Shown one piece after another: positions 9,298-18,211 of a stretch of 64,000 nucleotides of DNA (position 1 is its first letter; the number at the start of each line of letters is the position of its first letter). Origin of the DNA: an uncultured Acidobacteriota bacterium (GTDB lineage: Bacteria; Acidobacteriota; Thermoanaerobaculia; Multivoradales; SZUA-115); the NCBI GenBank assembly GCA_963805975.1, contig CAWDVR010000002.1:288001-352000 (forward strand), read 5' to 3'. Under the pieces are notes generated by a model, which ran no database searches, was not told the DNA's origin, and saw only the letters and a list, made by a program, of their open reading frames with translations. Both the position numbers and the translations under genes were made by a program.

Positions 9298-10596
9298 GCC
9301 AGCCTCCTCGCCGCCGCTGCGGCATGGGCCGGCAGGCCCTCGGCCTGGGCCAGGGCCACCACCGCGGGCGCCAGGCGCGCGGCGCCGGCCGGCGTCGCCC
9401 TCACCACGTGGCTCCGGCGCACGAAGTCCTCGACCCCCAGGGCCGAGGCGAAGCGCGCCGAGCCGCAGGTGGGGAGCACGTGGCTGGGGCCGGCGAGGTA
9501 GTCGCCGAGGACCTCGCCCGCGGCCGCACCCACGAACACCGCACCGACGGAGCGCACCCTGGGCGCGAGCGCCTCCGGCCTCGGCGCCCACGAGCTGCAG
9601 GTGCTCGGGCGCGATCTCCTCGACCAGGGACAGCGCTTCCTCCCAGGACTCGACGAGGAAGGCGCGGCCGAAGGCGGCGAGCGCCGCGCGGGCGGTGTCC
9701 GCCGTGGCAAGCGCGGGGAGCTGCGCTGCGAGCTCCGTCTCTACCGCCCGTGCCAGGCTGCGCGACGGCGTCACCAGCACCGCCGCGGCCAGCGGGTCGT
9801 GCTCGGCCTGGGCCAGGAGGTCGGCGGCCAGGAGCGCAGGGTCGGCCTCCTCGCCGGCCAGGATCACCACCTCGGTGGGCCCGGCGAGGCCGTCGATCGC
9901 CACCTCACCCGCCACGCGACGCTTGGCGGCCGTCACCCAGGCGTTGCCGGGGCCCACGATCTTGTCCACCCGCCGGATGGTCTCGGTGCCGTGGGCGAGC
10001 GCGGCCACGGCGTGGGCACCGCCCATGCCCCAGACCTCGGTGATCCCGAGACGGGCCAGCGCGTAGCGCAGCGCCGGGCTCCCCGCGTACGCGGCGGGCG
10101 GTGTCGCGACAGCGATCTCCGCCACTCCCGCCAGCCGCGCCGGCACCACGGTCATCACCACGGTCGAGGGGTAGGAAGCGCGCCCGCCCGGCACGTAGAC
10201 GCCCACTCGCGCCAGAGGCAGGCGCCGCTCCTCGAGCACCAGGCCGTCCTCCTCCAGCCGGTAGCCGGCAGCGACCTGGGGCCGATGGAAGCGCTCCACC
10301 CGCTCGATGGCCAGCTCGATCGCCTCCGCCAGCGCCGGCGGCACCAGGCGCAGCTCGGCCGCCAGGTCGGGTGGTCCCAGCGCCAGCTCCGCCGCGGTGG
10401 TGGCCACCGAGCCGTCGAAGGACCGTGCCGCGGCGAGGAGGGCCTTGTCCCCCCGGCGGCGCACGTCCTCCACCAGGCGCTCCGCCTGGCGGGTGACCCG
10501 CCGGTCGAGCACCCGGCGCCCGCGGCCGGCGAGCCGCGCGAGAGCGCGCCGGCCGGCCGCGGACCCGGCGCGGACCACCGGGAGCAGGCGGCTCAC
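9294..10596 (-). CDS. hisD: Histidinol dehydrogenase; one +1 frameshift near 9575
   Basis: [49 protein letters not shown]; then in the next frame [21 protein letters not shown] at 10596 overlaps hisG stop. Confidence 0.93.
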
Positions 10597-11219
10597 GCCG
10601 CCACCCCCGCCGCTTCGAGGCGATCGAAGAGCGCGTTGAGCTCGCGCCGGTGGCGCTGGTACGAGGCCCGGTTGAGCACCACCACCGGCGCCACCTCGGC
10701 CACGGCCTCGATCTCGACCAGGCCGTTCTCGGCCAGGGTGCGGCCGGTCTGCACGATGTCGAGCGCGATCTCGGCCAGGTCGAGGAGCGGCGCCAGCTCG
10801 AGCGACCCGGAGAGCGGCACGATCTCCACCGACCAGGGCCAGGCCGAGGCCAGGCGGGCGGCGAAGCGCGGGTACTTGGTGGCGAGCCGCACCTGCGCCC
10901 CGGGCGCCGGGCGGCTGCCGGGCCGGCCGATCAGCGACAGGCGGCAGCGGCCGGCGGCGAGCGCCAGCGGTGCCAGCAGGTCGCCGTCCACCTCGGCCAG
11001 CACGTCGCTCCCCACCAGCCCGAGATCGGCGATGCCGTGCTCCACGTAGAGCGGCAGGTCCCAATCCTTGAGCAGCAGCAGCTCGAGCCCCAGCTCCGGC
11101 CGCGGGACGAGAAGCTGGCGGCCGTTGCCGGCCGCGCTCCGCAGATCGACGCCGGCGGCGCCGAACGCGACGAGGGCCGCTTCGAGGTTTCGGCCCTTGG
11201 GCAGCGCCAGCCGGATCAC
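10593..11219 (-). CDS. hisG: ATP phosphoribosyltransferase, short form
   Basis: LALPKGR, DLPLYVEHGIADLGLVGSDVL, ATKYP, GSLELAP..DIVQTGRTL.ENGL; 208 aa; paired with hisZ. Confidence 0.95.
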   Translation of the reverse strand: MIRLALPKGRNLEAALVAFGAAGVDLRSAAGNGRQLLVPRPELGLELLLLKDWDLPLYVEHGIADLGLVGSDVLAEVDGDLLAPLALAAGRCRLSLIGRPGSRPAPGAQVRLATKYPRFAARLASAWPWSVEIVPLSGSLELAPLLDLAEIALDIVQTGRTLAENGLVEIEAVAEVAPVVVLNRASYQRHRRELNALFDRLEAAGVAA

Positions 11220-12196
11220 GCCGCCTCCCTGCCGTCCGAGGCGGCCAGCCGGTCGAGGCTGAGTGAGAACCCCACCGCCGGCAGTACCGCTCCGAGGCGC
11301 GAGAACAGCGAGTCGTAGCGGCCTCCGGCCCCCACCGGCTGGGCGTCGCCGGCCACGTAGGCGCGGAAGACCAGGCCGTCGTAGTAGCCCTCGGCGTCGG
11401 GCGCCGCGTCACCCGCCGCGAGCCGCGGATCGAGCGTGAAGCGCGCGAACTCTGCGAGATCGACACTCAGCTCGATCTGCCCTTGCTCCTGGCCGAGCAC
11501 GGCGGCGAGCTGCTGTAACTGCCGCAGCCGCTCTCCCGCCCGCGGGCCGAGGTCGGCGGGGTCGGCCGGCAGGCCGTCCTCCACCACCTGGGCGAGGGCC
11601 CGGGCCGCGCGCCGGGCGGGGCCGCGCTCGCGCCTCGCCACGGCCCGCGCCAGCTCCCCGGCAGCCTCGCCGCCCGCGGCGAGCAGCAGCTCGTCGAGCG
11701 CACCGGCAAAGCCGAGCACCACCTGCGGCCGGGGCGCACCGCTCCGCGCCAGCACTGACACGAAGAGGCGCAGCAGTTCCTCGTCCGCGGCGGGGCCCGC
11801 GGCGCCCAGCAGCTCCGCACCGAGCTGGTACAGCTCGCGCGTTCGCCCCGAGCGGTCCTCCTGCTGGCGGACGACGTCGCCCCGGTAGAAGAGCCGCAGC
11901 GGCAGCGGAAGGTGCGCCAGGCGGGGTGCCAGGAGCCGCGCCAGCATGGGCGTGAAGTCCGCGCGCAGGGCCAGCACCTCGCCGGCGCGGTCGACGAAGC
12001 GGTAGAGCCGCCCGCGCGCCGCGGCCCCCAGCAGCGGCTCGTAGGGCTCGAAGTAGTCGAGGATCGGCAGCAGGACCTCGCCGTAGCCGGCCGCTTCGAG
12101 CACGGCCGCGAGCCGGCCTTCCAGCCGGCGCCGCTCCGCGGCGGCCTCGAAGAAGAGGGCGGCCACGCCCGCGGGCAGCGCCGCCGAGACTCTCAT
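11216..12196 (-). CDS. hisZ: ATP phosphoribosyltransferase regulatory subunit
   Basis: HisRS-like: LALRADFT, RELYQLGAEL, YYDGLVF, GGRYDSL..AVGFS; adjacent to short hisG. Confidence 0.9.
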   Translation of the reverse strand: MRVSAALPAGVAALFFEAAAERRRLEGRLAAVLEAAGYGEVLLPILDYFEPYEPLLGAAARGRLYRFVDRAGEVLALRADFTPMLARLLAPRLAHLPLPLRLFYRGDVVRQQEDRSGRTRELYQLGAELLGAAGPAADEELLRLFVSVLARSGAPRPQVVLGFAGALDELLLAAGGEAAGELARAVARRERGPARRAARALAQVVEDGLPADPADLGPRAGERLRQLQQLAAVLGQEQGQIELSVDLAEFARFTLDPRLAAGDAAPDAEGYYDGLVFRAYVAGDAQPVGAGGRYDSLFSRLGAVLPAVGFSLSLDRLAASDGREAA

Positions 12197-13680
12197 CCCG
12201 CCTCCAGGCCGACGGCGCGCCGGCCGACCTCGAGGGGCAGCTCGGCCCCGGTCAGAATGCGAAACTGAGGGATGGCCTGGGCGAGGAGCACCTCCAGGCC
12301 GTCCACCACCACCAGGCCCCGGGCCCTGGCTTCGCGCGCCAGGAGCGTCGGCTGCCGGCCGTACACCAGGTCCACGATCACCGCGCCCGGCGGGAGGGTG
12401 GCCGCCGACACCGGCCCCGGCTCGCCGTCCTCGCGGCCGAGCGAGGTGGCGTTGACCAGCAGGCCGTAGGCGGAGGCGTCCAGCTCCGCGAGGGGGACGA
12501 AGGGAAGGCCGAGCTCATGGGCCACGCTCAGGCCGCGCTCCCGGTCCCGGTTCGAGACCGTGACCCTGGCGCCGGCGTTGGCGAGGCCCACGGCCGCCGC
12601 CCGGCCCGCGCCCCCGGCGCCGATCACCACCGCCCTGAGGCCCGCCACCGGCACGCCCCTGGCGGCGAGCGGCGCCACCACGCCCTCGGGGTCGGTGTTC
12701 TCCGCCTCCCACAGCTCGCCCCGCCGCAGCAGCGTGTTGGCGGCGCCCACGTGCTCCACCAGTGGGCTCGCCGCCGCGGCCACGGCGAGCGCCGCCTCTT
12801 TGAACGGCGCGGTGACGGCCAGGCCGACGAGAGGCAGCCCCAAGTTGTCGAGCCCCACTCCCTCGACGACCTCGAGCCAGAAGTCGCCGAACGACTCGGC
12901 GTGGAACGGCAGGAAGAGAGCGGGGATCCCCAGCGCGCGGTAGGCGGCGTTGTGCAGGCGCGGCGAGAGCGAGCGCGCCACCGGGTTGCCCACGATGCCG
13001 TACAGCCTCTCGACCGCCGGCAGCTCCGGCAGCCCGTAGTCGAGGACGAGCTGGGCCATCGTGGGCTGGCCGGGGGACGCGGGGACGTTGCCGGCAGAGC
13101 CGTAGACCACGGGCGCTCCCAGCCGCGGCGCGATGAGCCGCGTCCAGACCCCTGCGGGCCCCGAGGCGAAGGCGGCCACGTCGCGCCGGCCGAGCTGGGC
13201 CAGAAAGAGCAGCGGCGCCAGCTCGTCGCCCGGCTGCGTCGCCGCCGGCACCAGCTTGTAGAGCGCGGCCGGCACACGCGCGATCTCGGCGAAGCGGCTC
13301 TCGAGCCCGGCGAGGTCCGTGGCCGGGCCGTGCCAGGAGACCAGCCGGCGCTCGGGCGGGACCGCGGCCAGGATCTCGGGCGTCAGGTCGCGCGCGCCCT
13401 CGAGGTCGATGCGGTCATAGTCGGCCGCCGCGGCAGTGAGGAGCCGCTGCCGACGGCGGGCCGGCGCGCTCTCCGAGGCACCGCCCTCGGCCGAGCTGCG
13501 AAGCGTGTAGAGGAGCTTCTTGCCGGAGGCCCGGCGCAGGGCCGCGGCGTCGAGGTCGCCGGTCAGGTCGGCCCGGACCTCCAGCCATTCGACCGCGGCC
13601 GGGATCGCAGCCAAATCCTGGGCCGACGGCGGCGCCGTCAGGCTGGCGATCAATGAAGCTCGAGGGGCGTTCTGCTCCAA
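12193..13680 (-). CDS. aroDE: Bifunctional type I 3-dehydroquinate dehydratase / shikimate dehydrogenase (AroD-AroE fusion)
   Basis: N-half: LEVRAD, YTLRS..EGG, VSWH, YKLV, SPGQ. C-half: SLSP..HN, VTAPFK, GAANT, NTD, GAGGAGRA, NATSLG, DLVY, DGL..L..QA. TTG start 7 nt after GGGAGGAG. Confidence 0.9.
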   Translation of the reverse strand: MEQNAPRASLIASLTAPPSAQDLAAIPAAVEWLEVRADLTGDLDAAALRRASGKKLLYTLRSSAEGGASESAPARRRQRLLTAAAADYDRIDLEGARDLTPEILAAVPPERRLVSWHGPATDLAGLESRFAEIARVPAALYKLVPAATQPGDELAPLLFLAQLGRRDVAAFASGPAGVWTRLIAPRLGAPVVYGSAGNVPASPGQPTMAQLVLDYGLPELPAVERLYGIVGNPVARSLSPRLHNAAYRALGIPALFLPFHAESFGDFWLEVVEGVGLDNLGLPLVGLAVTAPFKEAALAVAAAASPLVEHVGAANTLLRRGELWEAENTDPEGVVAPLAARGVPVAGLRAVVIGAGGAGRAAAVGLANAGARVTVSNRDRERGLSVAHELGLPFVPLAELDASAYGLLVNATSLGREDGEPGPVSAATLPPGAVIVDLVYGRQPTLLAREARARGLVVVDGLEVLLAQAIPQFRILTGAELPLEVGRRAVGLEAG

Positions 13681-13708
13681 ACGAAAACTCCTCCCGGCCG
13701 GGAGGAGT
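13679..13708 (-). terminator. Attenuator-type terminator hairpin that also contains the aroDE Shine-Dalgarno
   Basis: Perfect palindrome ACTCCTCCCGGCCGGGAGGAGT (13687-13708) running into TTTTCGTTT on the - strand; its 3' arm GGGAGGAG is the SD of the TTG at 13680. Confidence 0.8.
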
Positions 13709-13770
13709 CGATTCGCGAACCTGCGAGCTCGATCATCCCGGTCCGTTGCGACCGGGACGCGAGCCCCGGC

Positions 13771-13854
13771 CTAGACCTTGGGATGCGCGTGCCAATGCCA
13801 GCCCCGAGCAACGAGCTCGGCAGCGGCGCAGGCGGGCAGGCGCAGGATGGTCAT
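13771..13854 (-). CDS. Putative Trp/His leader (attenuator) peptide MTILRLPACAAAELVARGWHWHAHPKV
   Basis: ATG at 13854 to TAG at 13771; TGG CAT TGG CAC GCG CAT cluster; lies between a promoter and the terminator upstream of a his+trp operon. Confidence 0.8.
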   Translation of the reverse strand: MTILRLPACAAAELVARGWHWHAHPKV

Positions 13855-13863
13855 CTGCCAGGG

Positions 13864-13893
13864 AGTAGAGCAAAGGGGGTGGAGAGGTGTCAA
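13864..13893 (-). promoter_or_regulatory. Sigma70-type promoter for leader/aro-his-trp operon
   Basis: Consensus -35 TTGACA (13893-13888), 18-bp spacer, TGn-TCTACT extended -10-like element ending 9 nt before the leader ATG. Confidence 0.55.
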
Positions 13894-13985
13894 GGGTGAG
13901 CGACTGATCCGTCATCCAGTCAGGGAAGCCGCGCCTCCTCCTCGTAAACGGGGAGAGGAACAGGCGGTCGACACCGGCATGGAAA

Positions 13986-14405
13986 TCAGGCCGGCAGCAG
14001 CAGGTTCTCGAAGGGCTTCCGCTGCTTCCAGCGGTATGTGCGGAAGTCCCGCTGGTCGGTCGAGAGGATGCGGCCGTGACCCAGTTCCTCGGCAAGGAGC
14101 ACCAGCGAGGCGTCGGCCAGATCCATGGGCAGGTCGTAGTACTTGTCCATCAGGCCGATCAAGGGCAGGATGTGCTCCCGGTTCAGAGAAAAGACCTCGA
14201 AAGCTCCCTGGGCGTAGCCCGCGAGGAACGCCTTCTCGCTCGACAGACTCACGCGGTGCGCTAAGAGCTGACAGGTCTCGGTAACCACCGGCCAAGTAGT
14301 GATCAGCGGCTCGTCGTTACCATCGAGCCAGAGCTTCGCCGCCAAGTGATGTTTGTCGCGCTGGCTCGACGCTGCGATCCAGAACCCTGTATCAGCGATG
14401 ACCAT
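13986..14405 (-). CDS. PIN-domain VapC-type toxin
   Basis: IADTGFW, DKHH, TTWPVVTE, MDLADASLV, ILSTD.RDF..YR. Confidence 0.9.
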   Translation of the reverse strand: MVIADTGFWIAASSQRDKHHLAAKLWLDGNDEPLITTWPVVTETCQLLAHRVSLSSEKAFLAGYAQGAFEVFSLNREHILPLIGLMDKYYDLPMDLADASLVLLAEELGHGRILSTDQRDFRTYRWKQRKPFENLLLPA

Positions 14406-14652
14406 GTTTCTGCTGCAGGATCTCGAGCAGCTCCTCTTTGTAGGTCTCGGAGAGATTTCCCGGACCCTTTCCAGAACCGATGAAACCAGTCCTGGTCAGA
14501 ATCTCGAACGCTCGGCCGGGCTTGTTGCTAGCCTCGTCATAGAGCGCGTCGATCCCCCGCTTGACGACCTCGCTGGTTCCAACCTGGCTCCGCCGCTTCA
14601 GAAACTCGAGCTTGCGGGAACGCTCCGGGTCGAGTCGGGCGTTGATCCTCAT
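14392..14652 (-). CDS. CopG/RHH-type antitoxin
   Basis: MRINARLD..KLEFL..SEVVKRGI; GFIGSG..NLSETYKE; overlaps the PIN gene start. Confidence 0.8.
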   Translation of the reverse strand: MRINARLDPERSRKLEFLKRRSQVGTSEVVKRGIDALYDEASNKPGRAFEILTRTGFIGSGKGPGNLSETYKEELLEILQQKHGHR

Positions 14653-14706
14653 GAGGGCCTCCAGAGTGCGTCATACGCGCGTCAGACAGCCTAACATATA
14701 GGTCCA

Positions 14707-15231
14707 TCAGGCCCGGCCGGGGTCGCCCTTTCTCTCCTGCCGCAACTGCACCAGCGTCGCCCCCGGGCCCCCCAGGCGGGGTGGAGCGGAGGCGAAGGCC
14801 AGCACCTGTGCTCCCAAGGGCGGGGTGCTCAGCCAGCGGATGACGGCCTCTTTGAGGGTGGGACCATCCGGCGAGCGCAACCCGCGGCCGTGCACGATCC
14901 GCAGGCAGCGATAGCCGACCTGTACGGAGAGCGTGAGAGCCCCGGCCACGACCTCGCGTGCCCCCTCCTCGTGGAGGCCATGGAGGTCGATCTCGCGGTC
15001 CACCGGAACCTCGCCGCGCTCCAGCCTGCGCAGCAGCTTGCGGTCGACCCCGGCGGCCAGGCCTTCGACCCGCTCGCCGATGCGCTCGACCTCGAAGGCC
15101 ACGGAGAGAGAGCGAGGTCTGGCGGCCACGCCCTTCCCGCCGGGAGGCCTCCGGCGCACCACCTCCGCCGTCCGCGCCAGCGGCGCGACACCATCCATCG
15201 CGCGATCGAAGAGCTCGTCGTCCTCGCTCAC
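14707..15231 (-). CDS. Smr/MutS2 C-terminal domain protein
   Basis: LF.RAM.GV.PL, IDLHGL, IVHGRG, LKEAV..WL, AFASA....GGPGAT.V.L. Confidence 0.9.
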   Translation of the reverse strand: MSEDDELFDRAMDGVAPLARTAEVVRRRPPGGKGVAARPRSLSVAFEVERIGERVEGLAAGVDRKLLRRLERGEVPVDREIDLHGLHEEGAREVVAGALTLSVQVGYRCLRIVHGRGLRSPDGPTLKEAVIRWLSTPPLGAQVLAFASAPPRLGGPGATLVQLRQERKGDPGRA

Positions 15232-15252
15232 GGCCTGTCGAGGATACCGCTG

Positions 15253-16317
15253 CTAGTGGTCGTTCTCGTGCGCCAGGAAGTAGGCGATCAGCTGGTCGGC
15301 ATAGGTCTCGAGCCGGGGGACGGCAACTCCGCTGCCGTCGAGCGCGTCGAGGGTGTTGACGCAGTCGAAGGTCGCCTGGTGCTCGAAGTACGGGGCGCTC
15401 TGCCGCTGGAGGCCGAGCGGCTCGGCAATGCCGCTGCCCGCCACCAGGGCGGTGAGCGAGGTCGGCACTCGGATCCAGCTCCGGGCCCGGTAGAGGGCCT
15501 GCGAGAAGAGGTCGAAGATCTGCTCGGTGGTGTGCGGCTCCGGGTCGGTCAGGTGGAAGGTCTTGCCGGCGGCGTCCGCGCGTGCGGAGATCGTGGCGAT
15601 CGACTCGATGATGAAGTCCACGGGCACCATCTGGAAGCGCACCCCGGGCGAGCCCACGTTGAAGCGGTTCACCGGCCACGGCAGGCGGCGCATGACCTTG
15701 AGCAGCATGTAGGGGCCGTCGAACTTGGGCGTAGAACCGTCCTTGGAGCTGCCCACCACCACGGCCGGCCGGTAGATCACGACCGGCAGGCCGTCCGCCG
15801 CGAGACCCCGCACCGAGATCTCGGCGCGGTACTTGGTCTCCTCGTAGTGGTTGTTGAAACCGGCGTCGTGCTCGAGCTCGGCCTCGCGCACGATGCCCCG
15901 GCGCTTGCCGGCCACGGCGTAGGTCGAGACATAGTGGTAGCGCTCGAGCCCTTCGAGACCGCACACGAAGTCGTTCACCTGGGCGGTGCCGCCCACGTTC
16001 ACGCGCTCGGCCAGCTCGGCCGGCACCGCGAGGTCGTAGAGGGCCGCGAGATGGAAGACGGTGTCCACCTCGGAGGTCAGCCGCTGGTGATCGCGAGCGC
16101 CGAGACCGAGGCCCGGGAGAGTGATATCGCCGCTCACGATCTCGAAGCTTTCGACCGGCTTGCGGGCCGCCTCGGCGATGCGCTTCGCCGCGGCCCGCGC
16201 CTTCTCCGCGAAGCGCTCCTCGACGAGGAAGGTCCAGCGCTCGGAGGCCGACGCCAGGCGCTCCGCGAGCCGGGTGGCGAGGAAGCCGGGAAAGCCCGTC
16301 AGCAGAGTGTGCCGCAT
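15253..16317 (-). CDS. Extended SDR / thioester-reductase-like NAD(P)-dependent oxidoreductase
   Basis: LLTGFPGFLA, GDIT, FHLAALYD, NV.GT, YEETKY (YxxxK), YRPAVVVG, VPVD. Confidence 0.85.
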   Translation of the reverse strand: MRHTLLTGFPGFLATRLAERLASASERWTFLVEERFAEKARAAAKRIAEAARKPVESFEIVSGDITLPGLGLGARDHQRLTSEVDTVFHLAALYDLAVPAELAERVNVGGTAQVNDFVCGLEGLERYHYVSTYAVAGKRRGIVREAELEHDAGFNNHYEETKYRAEISVRGLAADGLPVVIYRPAVVVGSSKDGSTPKFDGPYMLLKVMRRLPWPVNRFNVGSPGVRFQMVPVDFIIESIATISARADAAGKTFHLTDPEPHTTEQIFDLFSQALYRARSWIRVPTSLTALVAGSGIAEPLGLQRQSAPYFEHQATFDCVNTLDALDGSGVAVPRLETYADQLIAYFLAHENDH

Positions 16318-16379
16318 TGCAGCAGAGTATACTCGCCGGCACGCCGCTCTGCGGCACCCAACCTCACCGCGAGAGCCCC

Positions 16380-18122
16380 ATGACGCCGAACGCGACGCTC
16401 CCCAGGACCACCGACGAGGCGAGCCGGCTGCCCCCCACTCCGCGGTCCGCGATGGACGCGGCGGTCACGGCGCTGGCGGCGAAGAAGGACGCCTGGCTCC
16501 AGGTCAGCGCCGCCGAGCGCGTGCGGCTCCTCGGCGAGCTGATCGCGAGCTTCCAGACCGTGGCTCCGCGCTGGGTCGAGGCCTGCCTCGAGGCCGAGGG
16601 CATCCCGCCGGCCAACCCGCTCGCCGGCGAGGAATGGCTGGCCGGCCCCTACATGGTGTTCAAGAACCTCCGGCAGCTCAGGAGCTCACTCGCCGACGTC
16701 GCGGCCGGCCGCCGGCCCAAGATCCCGGGCGGGACCACGGTCCGTGCAGACGGCCAGGCGGTGGCGCACGTGTTCCCGGGCTCGGCCTACGACCGCCTCT
16801 TCTATCCCGGCATGACGGCCGAGGTGTGGATGGAGCCCGAGGTGACGCGCGACGAGCTGCCCGCCACCCAGGCCGTGGCCTACTTCGAGCCCCGAGGAAA
16901 AGGCGGGCTGACGCTGGTGCTCGGGGCGGGAAACGTGTCTTCGATCGGACCCATGGACGCTCTCTACAAGCTCTTCGTGGAGAACCGGGTGGTGCTGTAC
17001 AAGGCCCATCCGGTCAACGACTACCTGGGGCCTCTGCTCGAGGAAGGCTTTGCGCCGCTGGTTGAGCTCGGCTTCTTCCAGGTGGTCTACGGCGGCGCCG
17101 CCGAGGGTGCGTACCTGGGCGAGCACCCGGCGGTCGACGAGATCCACATCACCGGCTCGGACAAGACGGTCGACGCCATCGCGTTCGGCCCCGGTGAGGA
17201 GGGCCGCCGCCGCAAGGCGGAGCGCCGGCCCCGGAGCACCAAGGCCATCAGCAGCGAGCTCGGCAATGTGAGCCCGGTGATCGTGGTTCCCGGCCCGTGG
17301 AGCGTCGCCGACTTCGCCTACCACGGCGAGAACCTGGTGACCATGCTGGCCAACAACGCCGGCTTCAACTGCAACGCCACCCGCGTGGTCGTCACCCACG
17401 CCGGCTGGAGCGGCAGGAGCGAGCTCCTCGGTGCCGTGCGGCAAAGGCTCTCGACCCTGCCCTCGCGCCGCGCCTTCTACCCCGGCGCCGGAGATCGCTG
17501 GCAAGCGTTCGTCGGCTCGCACCCGCAGGCGGAACGGTTCGGTGAGGAGAGCTTCGGCCGCCTGCCGTGGGCCTTCATCCCCGGCGTCGACCCGGACGCT
17601 GCGGGCGACCTCTGCTTCACCACCGAGGCCTTCGCCTCCGTGTTTGCCGAGACGGCGCTCGCAGCGGAGGGGATCGTCGAGTTCCTGAGGCGCGCCGTCG
17701 ACTTCGCCAACCAGCGCCTCTGGGGCACGCTCAACGCCTGCCTGATCGTCCATCCCGCCTCGCTCGCCGATCCGGCGGTGGCCGCCGCCTTCGAGCAGGC
17801 GGTCGCGGACCTGCGCTACGGCACGGTGGCGATCAACCATTGGCCGGCGATCGGCTACGGGCTGGTGGTCACGCCGTGGGGCGCCTTTCCCGGCTCGGAC
17901 CTCTACGACGTGCAGTCCGGCACCGGCTGGGTGCACAACACGCTGATGTTCGACCGCGCGCAGAAGGCCGTGGTCCGCGCGCCGTTCAGGGCCCGCCCCA
18001 AGCCGCCCTGGTTCGTGAGCCACCGGACCGCCCACCGCCTGGGCCGGGTGCTCGCCGAGTTCGAAGCCGCGCCCTCGCTGCTCAAGCTGCCGGCGATCTT
18101 CGGCCACGCCCTCGCGGGCTGA
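16380..18122 (+). CDS. Aldehyde dehydrogenase family protein
   Basis: LGAGN, IHITGS, catalytic Glu in SELGNVSP, Cys in GFNCNA, LRYG..AIN; ATG at 16380 preferred. Confidence 0.85.
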   Translation: MTPNATLPRTTDEASRLPPTPRSAMDAAVTALAAKKDAWLQVSAAERVRLLGELIASFQTVAPRWVEACLEAEGIPPANPLAGEEWLAGPYMVFKNLRQLRSSLADVAAGRRPKIPGGTTVRADGQAVAHVFPGSAYDRLFYPGMTAEVWMEPEVTRDELPATQAVAYFEPRGKGGLTLVLGAGNVSSIGPMDALYKLFVENRVVLYKAHPVNDYLGPLLEEGFAPLVELGFFQVVYGGAAEGAYLGEHPAVDEIHITGSDKTVDAIAFGPGEEGRRRKAERRPRSTKAISSELGNVSPVIVVPGPWSVADFAYHGENLVTMLANNAGFNCNATRVVVTHAGWSGRSELLGAVRQRLSTLPSRRAFYPGAGDRWQAFVGSHPQAERFGEESFGRLPWAFIPGVDPDAAGDLCFTTEAFASVFAETALAAEGIVEFLRRAVDFANQRLWGTLNACLIVHPASLADPAVAAAFEQAVADLRYGTVAINHWPAIGYGLVVTPWGAFPGSDLYDVQSGTGWVHNTLMFDRAQKAVVRAPFRARPKPPWFVSHRTAHRLGRVLAEFEAAPSLLKLPAIFGHALAG

Positions 18123-18211
18123 GCACCACCGGCGAGCCGGCCCGCCCCGCGCTTCGGCGGGTGCTACAGTACCGGCACCCTGGTTTCATCCTGTCGCGCC
18201 CGGAGGTGGCC

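Noticed and set aside
7581-11466. Apparent HisD-HisC (963 aa) and HisC-HisB (402 aa) fusion proteins in the ORF track
   Set aside because: Produced by the +1 frameshifts; corrected genes have their own coupled starts and stops.
12193-13680. AroD-AroE fusion as a novelty
   Set aside because: This fusion is already known from plants and several bacterial phyla.
13700-13900. T-box riboswitch as the operon regulator
   Set aside because: No T-box consensus or specifier stem seen; the leader-peptide model fits better.
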